A stretch of 64,000 nt of DNA. Origin: Octopus vulgaris. Its lineage: Eukaryota. The stretch is from contig OX597831.1 in assembly GCA_951406725.2 (NCBI GenBank), positions 78,554,001 through 78,618,000 on the forward strand. Direction: 5' to 3'. The first letter of the stretch is position 1; every line of letters begins with the position of its first letter. Positions 12,649-27,626 of this stretch are shown in pieces. A program made the position numbers and the translations under genes. Below the pieces are notes generated by a model. It did not search any database. It worked only from the letters and a program-made list of their open reading frames with translations, and had not been told where the DNA came from.

Positions 12649-13792
12649 TGAGGGAACGTGGAAAGCCATGTTTGTTTGTGTGTGTATTGGGAGAACTGGA
12701 TCTCGAAGCACATGCATACTATAAATAATATCAAGTATGTTGAGGGTTGTATACTTGCATACATACCTTCACATAAATAAACTCGTGTATATCTATAAAC
12801 AAAAACTACATATATCTAAATATATATAATTTCACGTATATATACATACATTCTTACCTACCTACATACATACACTTATAAATACACATAAATGCACCTT
12901 TACATACACATAACTACCTACTTATCTATATACATACATGCATACAAACGCGCACACACACACAAAAGTGCATACTTATAAACATATGGATGTACATACA
13001 TGCCAAAAGAACTTTAAAAAAATCTGTTTCTTAAAATGAACTCTGGCGTAATTAAAATGGTTTTATTCGCAAGCTATTTTCAAAATTACTTTCATAGTTG
13101 GAGAATCTGGTGTGTAAAATATGGCGAAAATAACAAACTTTGCAATGAGTGTTGACGGCAACAATATTTTCAAAAGGTTGTTAATTTTGTTTAACAAATT
13201 AAAATATATATGTTAAAAACATAAGTGAAATAAGAACTATCAAAAAATGAATGAATTACTAAATAAAATTGGAATTAAAAAATTAAAATAAAATTATTTT
13301 TGAAATAAAATTTAAAAGGAAATTTTCAATGAAAAAAAAAAATGATAAATTATTTATATTAGTAAATAAAAAAGATGAATACGTAAAGTGCTGAAGAGAA
13401 ATAGTAACAAAATTCATACTTTAATGCATAAACAAGATATTTAGTTCAATTAAGAAGCAAAATAACGCAAAATATGTTGATGACAAACAGGTACAAACAT
13501 ACACATATACATATATTTAAACATATATATACACATAGATGAATCCAAATGTATGTATCTATGCATGGATATATATATATATATGTGTATGTGAGTGTGT
13601 GTGTGTGTGTGTGTGTGTATTTATATATGCATTTATTTTTATATTTTTATGTATGTGTATGCATATGCATGCACGTATGTGTGTATGATGTATGTGCATA
13701 TGCATATATCTATGGATAGATAGACTGGTAAATATACAGGGAGATAGATAGATAGATCAGTAAATATATCTATCTATCGATTTATCTGTCTG

Positions 13793-13852
<60 letters not shown>

Positions 13853-14399
13853 CCTACCTACCTACCTACCTACCTATCTATATACATATATATATGTATA
13901 TATATACACATATACAATGAACATCATATACAGATGCATGTACGCACAACACACACACAAACATATACATATATATATATATATATATACATACAAATAT
14001 ACATACATACACACATATATATATATAAATATTTATATATACATATAAATATGTATATATGTATACACATACGTACATACATACACGCACGCACACATGC
14101 ACACGTACACACACACACACACACACAGTATCACACACCACCCGCATATAATGCAGTCTACTCTGAGTGAGGGGTGTATACTCCTTCAGCCTTCAATTAC
14201 TGGTTCGGCCAGCTGGAGCACCTACAAAACTCGGATTTGGCACAAAGAGTAATTCTCTTCGTTGCAATAAATAATCTCATTACATGGAGTCATTTCTCAT
14301 TGCATTTGAAACTTTCAACTACTTATTCATTGAAGGACGAACGAGTATGTGTGCACATACGTATGTATTTATGTATAACATAGAGGCACATGTACACAC

Positions 14400-15151
14400 A
14401 AAGATACATACATGCATACATACATACACACATACATACATACACACATACATACATACACACATACATACAACATACATACATACATACATACATGCAT
14501 ACTTACATACATACATACATACATACACACATACATACATACACACATACATACATACAAACATACATACATACAAACATACATACATACATACACACAA
14601 ACATACATGCATACACACATACATACAAACATACGTACATACATACATGCATACATACATACACACATACATACATACAAACATACATACATACATACAT
14701 ACACACATATATACATACAAACATACATACATACATACATACATACATACATACATACATACATACATACATACATACACACATACATACATACAAACAC
14801 ACATACATACATACAAACATACATACATACATACATACATACATGCATACTTACATACATACATACATACATACATGCATACCTACATACATACATACAT
14901 ACATACATACATACATACATACACACATACATACATACATACATACATACACACATACATACATACACACATACATACTTACATACAAACATACATACAC
15001 ACATACATACATACATACATACATACATACATACATACATACACACATACACACAAACATACATACATACATACGTACATACATACACACATACATACAT
15101 ACATACATACACACATACATACATACTTACATACATACACACAAACATATA

Positions 15152-15183
<32 letters not shown>

Positions 15184-15430
15184 CACATACACACATACAT
15201 ACACACATACATACATACACACATACATACTTACATACATACATATACACATACACACATACATACACATATACATACATACATACATACATAGATACAT
15301 ACATACATACATACATACATACATACATACATACACACATACATACATACACACATACATACTTACATACATACATATACACATACACACATACATACAC
15401 ACATACATACATACATACATACATACATTC
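14400..15430. repeat. ~1 kb (TACA)n tetranucleotide array with internal duplications
   Basis: Direct inspection; source of 330-350 aa HTYI/MYVC ORFs. Confidence 0.95.
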
Positions 15431-15615
15431 ATATAATTAGAGATACGAAATTAGTTATGTAAATGATTGCATGCACATCAATGTTTCAAAAATTCTCTCC
15501 ATCATTTTTCATTTCACCTTTCTTTGTTAAATATATTTCTATCTAGAAGCACGCACAGACACACGCACACACACACACACTCACCCCCCCACACCCCCAC
15601 ACACTCACATACACA

Positions 15616-15666
<51 letters not shown>

Positions 15667-15765
15667 ACACACACACACAGACACACACACACACACACGC
15701 ATCAAGCACGCACACTGGTACGCAAATATTAAATTAGGCTTACACGCACACACACACACACTTAT

Positions 15766-15818
<53 letters not shown>

Positions 15819-15847
15819 TATATGCACAAGCACACCTCCCCCCACAT

Positions 15848-15881
<34 letters not shown>

Positions 15882-15942
15882 GCAAAGACATATGTTTATG
15901 TGTATATGCATATATCTATATGTCTATAAATATATATATCTA

Positions 15943-15984
<42 letters not shown>

Positions 15985-16055
15985 TGTATCTATATGTATA
16001 TATATATGTATATATATTATATTAAATTAGCACATATATATGTATATAGGTACGC

Positions 16056-16086
<31 letters not shown>

Positions 16087-16559
16087 TAACAGTTACATAA
16101 ATAGTTGTATGCATGCATGTCTATGTGTGTGTGCGTGTATAAAACATTAAGTGATGAAATTAACCATAGCAATATGAACCGTTGAATTTATAACTTCTTC
16201 TTACTTCCACCTTTCATTACTTCATCATTTCTTCCTCTCTTTGTCTCCTTTATTTTTTCCATTTCTTTCCCTTTCGAACTCTCTCTCTCTCTCTTTCTCT
16301 CTCTCAGTCTCCTTCTCGCTCTTCTTCTCTGTCCCCTCTACCCTCTCTCTTTCCTCTCTTGTTATTACACTTTGATAACGTAATTATTTAATTTCTCTGC
16401 TCACAAAATATCTTTCCAGTTAATTTTGCCTCCAAGTATTTGTCTCTCTCTCTCTATATATATTTTTCTCTCTATGTATATACGTATGTGTAAGTGTGTG
16501 TGTGTGTGTTTGTGTGTGTGTGTCTATTCATATATATATATATAAATATATGTATGTGA

Positions 16560-16673
<114 letters not shown>

Positions 16674-17080
16674 ATGCGTATAGATATGTATATATGTATG
16701 TATGTACGTATATACATACGAGATATATTTCCTTTTTGTCGAGTAAAATTTATTTACTGCCGATATGATACTTTCATGAAAGATGTTAATTGTAAATGTT
16801 ACCTGTGACATACAATCACCTCTCCTTTCACACACACACACACTCAAACACACACGCACGCATACATATATACATACACACACACACGCATTGATAGCTA
16901 AAAGCATCTTAGCATATAAATACACGCGTACATGAAAAATGCTTGCACATCTGCCACTCCATCTATCCATCTTTATATCTGTCTGTCTGTCTATATATAT
17001 TACCTGCGTATCTGTCTGTCTGCCAATCTATCTATCCATCTATCTATCCATCCATCCATCCATCCATCCAGCAAGCCATA

Positions 17081-17200
<120 letters not shown>

Positions 17201-17492
17201 TATATCTGTCTGTCTGTCTGTCTTACTTTCTTTTTGTCTGCATCTATGTATGCATGTCTGTCTGTATGTATGCCTGTCTTTCCATATGCCTAATTATCTG
17301 TCGTCTCCCCACTCTTATATCCCCTCATAATCTCCTCTCATTATCTCCCCTCATTGTCTCTCATCTCCCTGTCTCTCTCTTCTCACAGGTACATACACAC
17401 ACACACACATACACACACATACACACACATACACACATACACACACACATACACACACATATACTTATATACTTTGATACATAGAAATATAT

Positions 17493-17567
17493 ATGGTGTG
17501 GCTGTGTGGTAAGCAGCTTGCGTTCCAATCACATGGTTCTGGGTTCAATCTCACTGCGTGGCACTTT
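17493..17567 (+). mobile_element. SINE family A head only
   Basis: gtggctgtgtggtaagcagcttgc...gggttcaatctcactgcgtggcac. Confidence 0.75.
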
Positions 17568-18384
17568 TACCTTCAAATATTTCTTTCTGTTCTTGAGTTT
17601 GATTGTAATTATTTGCTACGGAAGAGCGAAACGACGAAAAGTCCAATACTTACTGGCGTGATCCACCCCGACTCTACAATAACGTTATAACGTTGTGCAC
17701 ACGGACCTGTCATATACTCAGCTACTCACACAGTAATTCTACCTTCAGGCAGTTCTCGTGCTCGAAAGATTGATATTTTATGATAGGGACAACCCGATCA
17801 AGAACTAAATGTTGTGACAATAAAACTTTCAACATTTCACAGAATGAGAAAAATCTCAACATAAATAGACCCAGCATCCAGTAACTTAAGTCTTGTCGGT
17901 AACTAAATAAAAAAGCCGTAAGGGACACACCATTAATAACTGTCTAATTTCACTATAGTTACATCATCGACCATGGAAAATATGAGATGTCTTTCAGCCG
18001 CGCGTTGTGCTTATTTCGATAGCGGATGGTATTGTTAAATGCCGTAAAAAGATTCGTCGTGAAAAAATTTCCTTTCAAATAACCTCATCACATTTTTTTA
18101 ATGTTTAACATTGAATAAAGATTTCTCTATATAATCATTTTTATAAAACATTTTATGATTTTTTTTTATATTTAAAAACAAACTAATATAACACGCATTT
18201 GTCTTACATATTATTTTCCTATACGACGAATTATCCAGACAAAAGTAGAAGGTAAACGGTTACGTCTTCTCTGAGGAGCAGTTAACAAAATGCAAAACAG
18301 TCCGGCAGGAGATTCCCTATCTTCTTATAAATATATTGAAAGTGCTGAAGGAATACCTTTACATATATTGGTATTGTCTCTCAG

Positions 18385-18790
18385 TGATGTGTGTGTGGAT
18401 AAGAAGAACACTTTGCTACTACACGGTTTCGGGTTCAGTCCAACTGTGCAGCATCTTGACCAAATAGCTCCAAAAAATACTGACTAATTTCTCCTGAGTG
18501 AATTAAGTAGAAGGAAACTGTTCGGAAGCTCTTCGTATATGTGTGTGTGTGTGCATGTGTGTGAATACATGTGTTTCTTTCGTACCCGTATTTGACACAC
18601 CACCCTCCACTGCATGACAACGGGTGTTGGTTTATTTACGGCCCTGTAAGTTAGCGGTTCAGCAAAAGTGACCGACTAAATAAGGATCAAACATAAAAAA
18701 TAATAAATACGGGTTTTCGGGGTTTGACATGTCTGAGAACCTTTGAAATGTTGACCCATCATCAACGCCGTTCAATGACAAGCAATAAAA
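18385..18790 (+). mobile_element. Degenerate full-length SINE family A
   Basis: Diverged head (cgggttcagtccaactgtgcagcatcttg) and 3' body (ttagcggttcagcaaaagtgaccga). Confidence 0.65.
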
Positions 18791-18807
18791 ACATAATGAA
18801 TATATGC

Positions 18808-18838
<31 letters not shown>

Positions 18839-18871
18839 ACCAAAATAAGCAACAGGATATCAAGAGGTGAT

Positions 18872-18955
18872 GCAGTACAACCGTTTCAAGCGGCTCCATT
18901 TAATTGAACAATGCAATCATTACATCAATTTAAATGCAGGGCCATCCTCAGCTGC
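18872..18955 (-). ncRNA. Type I hammerhead ribozyme candidate, canonical core
   Basis: Minus strand: gcag-CTGAGGA-long stem II (catttaaattga..tcaattaaatg)-GAAAC-ggtt-GTA-ctgc; stem I gcag/ctgc flanks the core exactly. Confidence 0.75.
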
Positions 18956-19195
18956 TTAAATAAATAGAATTTTTAAATCAGTTGGACACATTAATATAAT
19001 TTTTCTCAAATTCTTCAATAGAGCCAAAAGAGGGAGAAAGTCCATGTTGCTACGAATGTAATTCAGAACATACTATACTTCTAAGAACTGTATGGAGTTT
19101 GTTAGGATTATAGCTTGTGGTTCACTTTTAATTTATTAGTTTTTTTTTATCAACTACAAAATTTAAGACTAGAGGACAGTGTCTGTTTAGAAAGG

Positions 19196-19242
<47 letters not shown>

Positions 19243-19249
19243 TACATCA

Positions 19250-20175
<926 letters not shown>

Positions 20176-20236
20176 CACGCACCCTATAGATACATGTGGG
20201 CTCATTTGTATGTAAATATCTATTTAGCAACACACA

Positions 20237-20283
<47 letters not shown>

Positions 20284-20820
20284 ACACACACATGCAATAC
20301 GCATACACTCCTGCATGTGACTATATGAGTGTGTGCCTGTACAAGAGGCCATGCTTGTAAAAAAAAAATGTGCATATTAAAATTCTAAGTAGGTGTATAA
20401 ATAGAGTTTACATCAAAAAGGAACTTACTGTGAGCTAATAGTCATATTAGCACTCATTAACATTTACACAATGATCAGCGCCTGCAAACAAACATTAATA
20501 AACACATGTTAATAGATAGGTAGGTTTCCACAATTACGTATAGATGCGCAGGCACACACACACACACACGCACACACATGCACGCACACATATAGAACGC
20601 CTACACATACACAGAAAATTTAAGATATTTGGAATAAGAGAATATATTTAAATATGTCAGTGTACTGCTATGGAATACTCATCCATAACCATAAAGAAAA
20701 ATATACACGCTCTTAGTTATACAGAAATATACACACGTAAGCCATAAGCATCTGTGTGATTTTTTAATACACACACACACATATGTATACATACATATAT
20801 ACTTGTATATATATGTATAT

Positions 20821-21045
20821 AGCAGCGGACTCGCGGTTGTAGGATCGTGGTTTCGTTCCCCAGACCGGTTGTTGTGAGTGTTTATTGAGCGAAAACACCT
20901 AAAGCTCCACGAGGCTCTGGCAGGGTGTAGGTGGCGAACCCTGCTGTACTCTTTCGCCGCAACTTCCTGTTTTTCTTGTACATGTTTTTCAAAGGGCCAG
21001 CCTTGTCACACTCTGTGTCACGCTGAGTCTCCCCTAGAACACTCA
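20821..21045 (+). mobile_element. tRNA-derived SINE family C, 5' portion
   Basis: gcagcggactcgcgg..ggtttcgttcccagaccgg..gtgtttattgagcgaaaacacctaaagctccacgag; matches 45873-46205 and 42236-42718. Confidence 0.85.
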
Positions 21046-21161
21046 TACGCCATAGAAAACGGGTTAAGCTTCGGGTAAAGGGCTCCTAGAGCCCATGAGA
21101 GACCTCATAATAAACCTACTGCAGGCACAAAACCTGAAATTTGTAAGTTAGTGTGTGTATA

Positions 21162-21542
21162 CACTTGCGTCAGAAATTAATTAGCACTTCTCAAATTTCT
21201 ACATTAAATAGGTTAAATCAATTAACCTTATGAGCTGTTCAAAACGTCTTACGCGATGAGAAAACTTAGTATGGTGTGATTTCGGTCCTTGCGAGGCGCT
21301 ACCTATATCTATTAAACAAAGGAAGATTTGTCTGCATCCGCACTCCAAGTTGTTGTTGCACTGCTATGTCAACATCATAAGGCTGTAGACTCTCAAACTG
21401 CTCTGCAAACAAAGTTACGTCATCGTTCTGCGCAACAGTGAACTCGCAACAAAGCAATAGTTCGAGATATGGCCACTAGGTGACAGCACATACCTTGAGT
21501 GAAGAGCAAATCAAGGGTGCTAATTAATTTCTGACAGTAGTG
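21162..21542. mobile_element. Tc1/mariner-type MITE
   Basis: TIRs cacttgcgtcagaaattaattagcac / gtgctaattaatttctgacagtagtg, TA on both sides; non-coding interior. Confidence 0.85.
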
Positions 21543-21659
21543 TATATGTGTTTCTGGAAAAAATTGTGATGAAATATTATCAGGAACGAAAAGTGAATTT
21601 GATCGTGGGAACGGAAATATATCCACATGTGTGTGTCTGTGAAAAATATATTTGATTGA

Positions 21660-21835
21660 AATGATATATCTACATCGCCACTAGTGTTCTATTAGTACTT
21701 ATCTTATTGACTCCGAAAGGGTGAAGGGCAATGTCGACCTGGGCGAAATTTTTTACTCAGAAAGTAAAGACGGATGAATGGTTGGTAAGCATTCTGCCCA
21801 GCGCGCAAACGATTCTGCCAGTTCGCTGCTTTGGA
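21660..21835 (-). mobile_element. SINE family B (its tail lies at ~21112-21145, separated by the MITE)
   Basis: gactccgaaagggtgaagggcaatgtcgacctgggcgaaat...gattctgccagttcgc. Confidence 0.75.
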
Positions 21836-21994
21836 CCTGATGGTAATAATAACATAACACCAATATGAATTTATGTATGAAATTCAGTTTCGATTCTTGG
21901 TCATATTCATGTATTTATTAGTTAAAATGAACTTTTCACGTTCTAATCCCTCCGTAGTACAACAAATTGGTAGTTTCTGTCTGCAAAATAAGGA

Positions 21995-23060
21995 TCCTTT
22001 CTATTATAGGCACAAAGGATTGGAATTTTAGGAGAATTTAGGGGAAAGGAAGTGTCGATTACAACGACCTCCCTGCACGACTGAATCTTTTTTCATCGAC
22101 CCCGGAAAGAGGAAAGGCAAATTCAACCTCGACGGTATTTGAACTCAGAACGTAAACACGAGCGAAATACTGCCAAGCTTTCTGCCCGATGTGCTAACGA
22201 TTCTTTTCTACTCTAAGCACAAGGCCTGAAATTTTAGGGAAAGTGGCAAGTCGATTACATCGACCCCAGTACTCAACTGGTACTTATTTAATCGACTCCG
22301 AAAGGATGAAAAGCAAAGTCGACCTCGGCGGAATTTGAACTCAGAACGTAGCGGCAAATGAAATACTGCTAAGCATTTCGCCCGGCGTGCTAACGATTCT
22401 GTCAGCTCACCGGCTTTCTTTGCAAAATCAATAAGGATTCGTAATTTTTGTATCCAGCAATTTCGGGAAGTGGATATGTTGATTGTATCGACTCCAATAC
22501 ATAACTGGTACTTATTTTATCCACCTCGAAAAGATGAAAGACAAAGTCGAGCTCGGTGGAATTTGAACTCAGAACGTAGCGGCGGGCGAAATAGCGCTAA
22601 GCATTTCGTCCAGAGCGCTAACGGATTTACCAGGCCACCACCTTTGTCTGCAAAATAATAATTATGTCAAATTTTTACCACAAGGGCAGCTTGGGGGAGG
22701 TGGGGATGAGTCGATTATATCGACTCCAGGTTTCAACCGGTAATTATTTTATCGACCCCGAAAGGATGAAAGGCAAAGTCGACCTCGGCGGAATTTGAAC
22801 TCAGAATATAGCGACGGGCGAAATACCTATTTCTTTACTACCCACAAGAGGCTAAACACAGAGAGGACAAACAAGGACAGTAAAACGCATTAAGTCGATT
22901 ATATCGACCCCAGTGCATAACTGGTACTTATTTAATCGGCCCCGAAAGGATGAAAGGCAAAGTCAACCTAGGCGGAATTTGAACTCAGAATATAACGACA
23001 TGCGAAATACCTCTCAGCACTTCGCCCGGCGTACGAATGGTTCTGCCAGTCCATCGCCTT
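21995..23060 (-). mobile_element. Head-to-tail array of five SINE family B copies
   Basis: Five iterations of the cgaaaggatgaaaggcaaagtcgacctcggcggaatttgaactcagaa core, separated by repeated tgcaaaat-containing spacers. Confidence 0.92.
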
Positions 23061-23365
23061 TCTCTGCAAAATAATAATAGAACCAGCATTTGAAACTTGA
23101 TGACATATTGACTATGCATGAAACTTCCAAGAATTTTCACGTCGAAAAAAGGTCGTTCTTTTCTGGGTCTCAGTATCACTTATCATTGAACCGCCCTGAA
23201 AGTTCATTCAAGGACATGTTACATGGCTTAGCAACGGAAAACTAATTAGGGGTCTTTAAAGTCCAAAAGTCCACGATGTTTCTACAAGGCTGCAAATACA
23301 ATGAATAAATTTTGACTCGATAAATATGATTACCTAAATTGATCCTTAAGAACAGTAAATATTTA

Positions 23366-23505
23366 TTATGTGGTAAAATGTTTGCTTCTGGGTGGGGTCC
23401 CATTGCATGGCACCTAAGACAAGTATCTTCTACTATTACCCCGGGCCGTTCGACAACTTGTAAGTGAATATGGTATACGGAAACAGAAAATCTGTCATAC
23501 ATGTC

Positions 23506-23580
<75 letters not shown>

Positions 23581-23838
23581 CTTTATTTATACATATATGG
23601 GGGAGGATCAGTCTTCGTTTGTGTATGTGTGTGTACACGCGTGAGTGAGTGAGTTTGTGCCTCTGTGTGTCTTTATGTCGGTGTTCGTACCCTAACACCC
23701 AGAAAAGCTTAGCTATTCGACAAAAGAAACCGACAGGATATATACCTGGCTTAAAACTTAAGCAATTGGTTCAATTCGTTCTAAAATTTAAGGCGGTGCC
23801 ACAGCATGGCCGCAGTCTAATGACTGAAACAAGTAAAA
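23366..23838 (+). mobile_element. Degenerate full-length SINE family A
   Basis: Diverged head, internal TA/TG tract, tail aaggcggtgccacagcatggccgcagtctaatgactgaaacaagtaaaa. Confidence 0.75.
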
Positions 23839-23946
23839 TATATATAAGTTTTATGCGTATATATATGTACATATATATATATGTATATACATATATATAT
23901 GTATCTATAAATATATACATACATATATATATATACATATATATAC

Positions 23947-23985
<39 letters not shown>

Positions 23986-24236
23986 AAGAGAGAGTGAGTG
24001 AGTGAGTGAGTGAAAGAGATTGATAAAAGATATAGATAGATACGTATATATGAATACATTTATGTATGCATATATGTATATATATATACATATATATATA
24101 TATGTATGTATGCCTGTTTGTATGTGTGTATCCACACGAACCAAACGCGATCACACGTACGTAGATGAATTTCACAGTGTAAATATTTGATGATGTTCAT
24201 GATAATTATACGCATATCAAAATATTCATTCCTCGC

Positions 24237-24293
<57 letters not shown>

Positions 24294-24482
24294 CATACAT
24301 ATATATATTTATATATAATAGTGTGTCTTCGTGTCTAAAGTCCGATGGAATCATGTGTATCTATAAGGCATACTGTCCATGTGTGTATAAACTGTGTTTT
24401 TTATGTATAAATATATATATTTATGCATATTTGTTTATATATACATGCATGTATGCGCACACATACACATACGTATATATCT

Positions 24483-24531
<49 letters not shown>

Positions 24532-24852
24532 ATACTGATAATTTTGGTGAAGCGTCGAACCAGCTTGGGATACCTATATCATATGGCGATAACACCTCCC
24601 TCCCAAACGTACGTACCTTATCAGGTATGCAAACTTCAGGCAACTAGATCTACGGAGCTTTTAAACTCACACATACACTCACAAACGTACACACAGAAAC
24701 TACACTGATGATATTAGAAACATCGAGATAGACGTGCCTAGGGTGTGTACTTGAAGAACACGTAATAGTACATTTATGGTCACTCCTCAAAACACACAAG
24801 CCGACTATTATGGTGGAACTACACCCGCACTGCCATCGCCCAACCACTCAGC

Positions 24853-24890
<38 letters not shown>

Positions 24891-25301
24891 CACCATAACC
24901 GTCTCTTTCACCACCACCATTTCGCCGCTGCCGGCGATGCCGCCGCCTTCATCAACCGCCATGACTAAGATGTTAAATAATCGCCTATTAATATATATAA
25001 GTTCCTTAGATAATATATGAATACGAATAGTGTTGATTTAGTTATTATTATGCATTGTATTATCAGGGTGGGGTATTTAACTGAGATTGTTATGAAAATA
25101 GGCACTTAATATGTGTGAGCGTGTCTATGTGTATATATTTCCATGTGCACATGCTTGTATGTGTTTATATGTGTTTGTGTGTGAGTGTGGTGTGTCTGTG
25201 TGTGTCTGAGTATTAATGTGGGCATTTTTATATATACATATTTACAATTGTATGTGTAGATATACATTCATATATATATATATATATATAATTGTGTGCG
25301 C

Positions 25302-25342
<41 letters not shown>

Positions 25343-25433
25343 CATGTATGTATATATACATATATACCTATACGCACAAAAAATATATATATAAATATAT
25401 GTTGTTGTATATTTATGTGTGTGTGTATATATT

Positions 25434-25501
<68 letters not shown>

Positions 25502-26387
25502 GAGAGATGTACATGTGTATGTATTCTTATATATATGTGTATATACACATATGCATAGGTGTTTGTATATGTGTGCGTGCATATGTCTGTGTGTGCGTGT
25601 GTTTATAAACGATCTATTAGTATATCAACTTCATAGGGAAGGCGGTATATTTAATTACTTTTCCTTTGGTGGCCCTACCTCTTAAGAATATATGTATATA
25701 TATATATATATTCATAAAAGATACTCCATTTTGTAAACACTACAAGCATTTTACTGTTAGGAACCGAATATACTGCTGCTCCCAGACTGGAACGGAGATG
25801 CTGCTGTTTCAGTAAGATATCGTAAGTTGTATCCGAAGCTAGTCCGCTCACATTAATGGGATGATGTCGCTCACAAAGAGACTCCTCTCTTCGGCCTTCC
25901 TAGATCTTTGTCCTATCCGTAATTTCTCTTCTGTTACCACCGCGGGCACTCAACATTAGACAAGAGCTCTCTCGTACCATCTCTACTTATGAACTAATAA
26001 CCATATTTCTGTTATCGGCCATGTAGAATCCACAAAATAGTTAATGCTCAATCAGGAGTTCAAGTCGTGGTTGCTTTGTGGGGCTGTGTGTGCCTTAATA
26101 TCCCCGTGAGAGTTATGCCAGTGGTGCACAAGCTACAGGTAGAATCTCCCATGCTGGAAAGTTAAAAGCCATGGGGTCACACGCTGGAGACATTCCTGGT
26201 TCAATTTAACCAATCGATCGATTGATTGTTTCGATACATATATTAAACAATCGTTGCGATGTCATATTTATGTATATATGTATATGTATGCATATATATA
26301 ATTAAGATTCAGTTGAATTAGGTACTTAAATTGAAGAACAAAGCCTATGAACACAGCCACGCCTGCACATATATGTATGTCTAAATA

Positions 26388-27057
26388 TTCTTTTCTAATC
26401 TAGGCACAAGGCCCGAACTTTTGGGGTTGGGACCAGTCGATTATATCGACCCTAGTATGCAACAGGTACTTAATTTATCGACCCCGAAAGAATGAAAGAC
26501 AATGTCGACCTCGGCGGAATTTGAAATCAGAACGTGAAGACAGAATGAAATACTGCTTAACATTTCGCCCGGCGTGCTAACGAGTCTGCCAGCTCGCCGC
26601 CTTAGCACTACCAAATATTCTTTTCTACTCTAGGCACAAAACCTGAAATTTGGGGGGAGCGGGCCAATCGATTAGATCGACCCTAGTACGCAACTGGTAC
26701 TTAATTTATCGACCCCGAAAGGATGAAAAGCAAAGTCGACCTCGGCGGAATTTGAACTCAGAACGTAAGACAGAAGAAGTACTGCTAAACATTTCGCCCG
26801 GCGTGCTAACCTTTCTGCCAGTTCGCCGCCTTTTATGTATGTCTAAATATTAATTTTTTTATTGCCTACAGGAGGCTACACATAGAGGGGACAAACAAGG
26901 ACATACAAAGGGATTAAATCGATCACATCGACCCCAGTGCATAACTGGTACTTATTTAATCGACCCCGAAATGGTGAAAGGCAAAGTCGACCTCGGTGGA
27001 ATTTGAACTCGGAACGTAACGGCAGACGAAATACCACATTTCGCCAGCTCACCGCCT
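26388..27057 (-). mobile_element. Head-to-tail array of three SINE family B copies
   Basis: Three cores; tgtatgtctaaatatt repeated at ~26374, ~26836 and ~27059. Confidence 0.92.
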
Positions 27058-27428
27058 TTGTATGTCTAAATATTACAGCAACATGCATTTTAGAGTGCGC
27101 ATGTACTGATGAATGAGCAGAAATGTTAGTGACGTCACTTCAAATGTTTTTGACGATTTTTATTGTGGGAGGCGGAGTTGGCAAAATAGATTTTTGATGT
27201 TACTGTTCTGGATTAGTCTTGTTTTGTTGGTAAAGTTTGATTGAGTTTTATGTCGTGTACGTGATAAAGCCGATCTTTCCAAACAGTTGTGCATATTGTA
27301 AACTGTAGCCGTCGGATGGATCCATCAATCTTATGGTTCAGGCTATGTTTGTACGTGTTAATACATTCAGATAACCTATCTGCCTATTGCCTATCGATAT
27401 GTGTGCCTACCCTTCTATCTATCTATCA

Positions 27429-27525
<97 letters not shown>

Positions 27526-27565
27526 ACTATCTAGTTTACTGAAACAAGTAAAATAGTAAAGAGTT

Positions 27566-27603
<38 letters not shown>

Positions 27604-27626
27604 CACACGCACACACACACACACAT

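Noticed and set aside
14284-15440. 330-350 aa HTYI/MYVC ORFs
   Set aside because: (TACA)n array open in most frames
21995-23060. CRISPR-like repeat-spacer appearance of the SINE B array
   Set aside because: Units are ~200-bp tRNA-derived SINEs also dispersed singly; eukaryotic context; no cas genes
25780-26200. Possible decayed HHR (gaagctagtc) and RTE-like fragments
   Set aside because: Too degenerate to support by eye
27105-27128. CTGATGA-atgagca-GAAATGTT
   Set aside because: Stem II too short and no stem I
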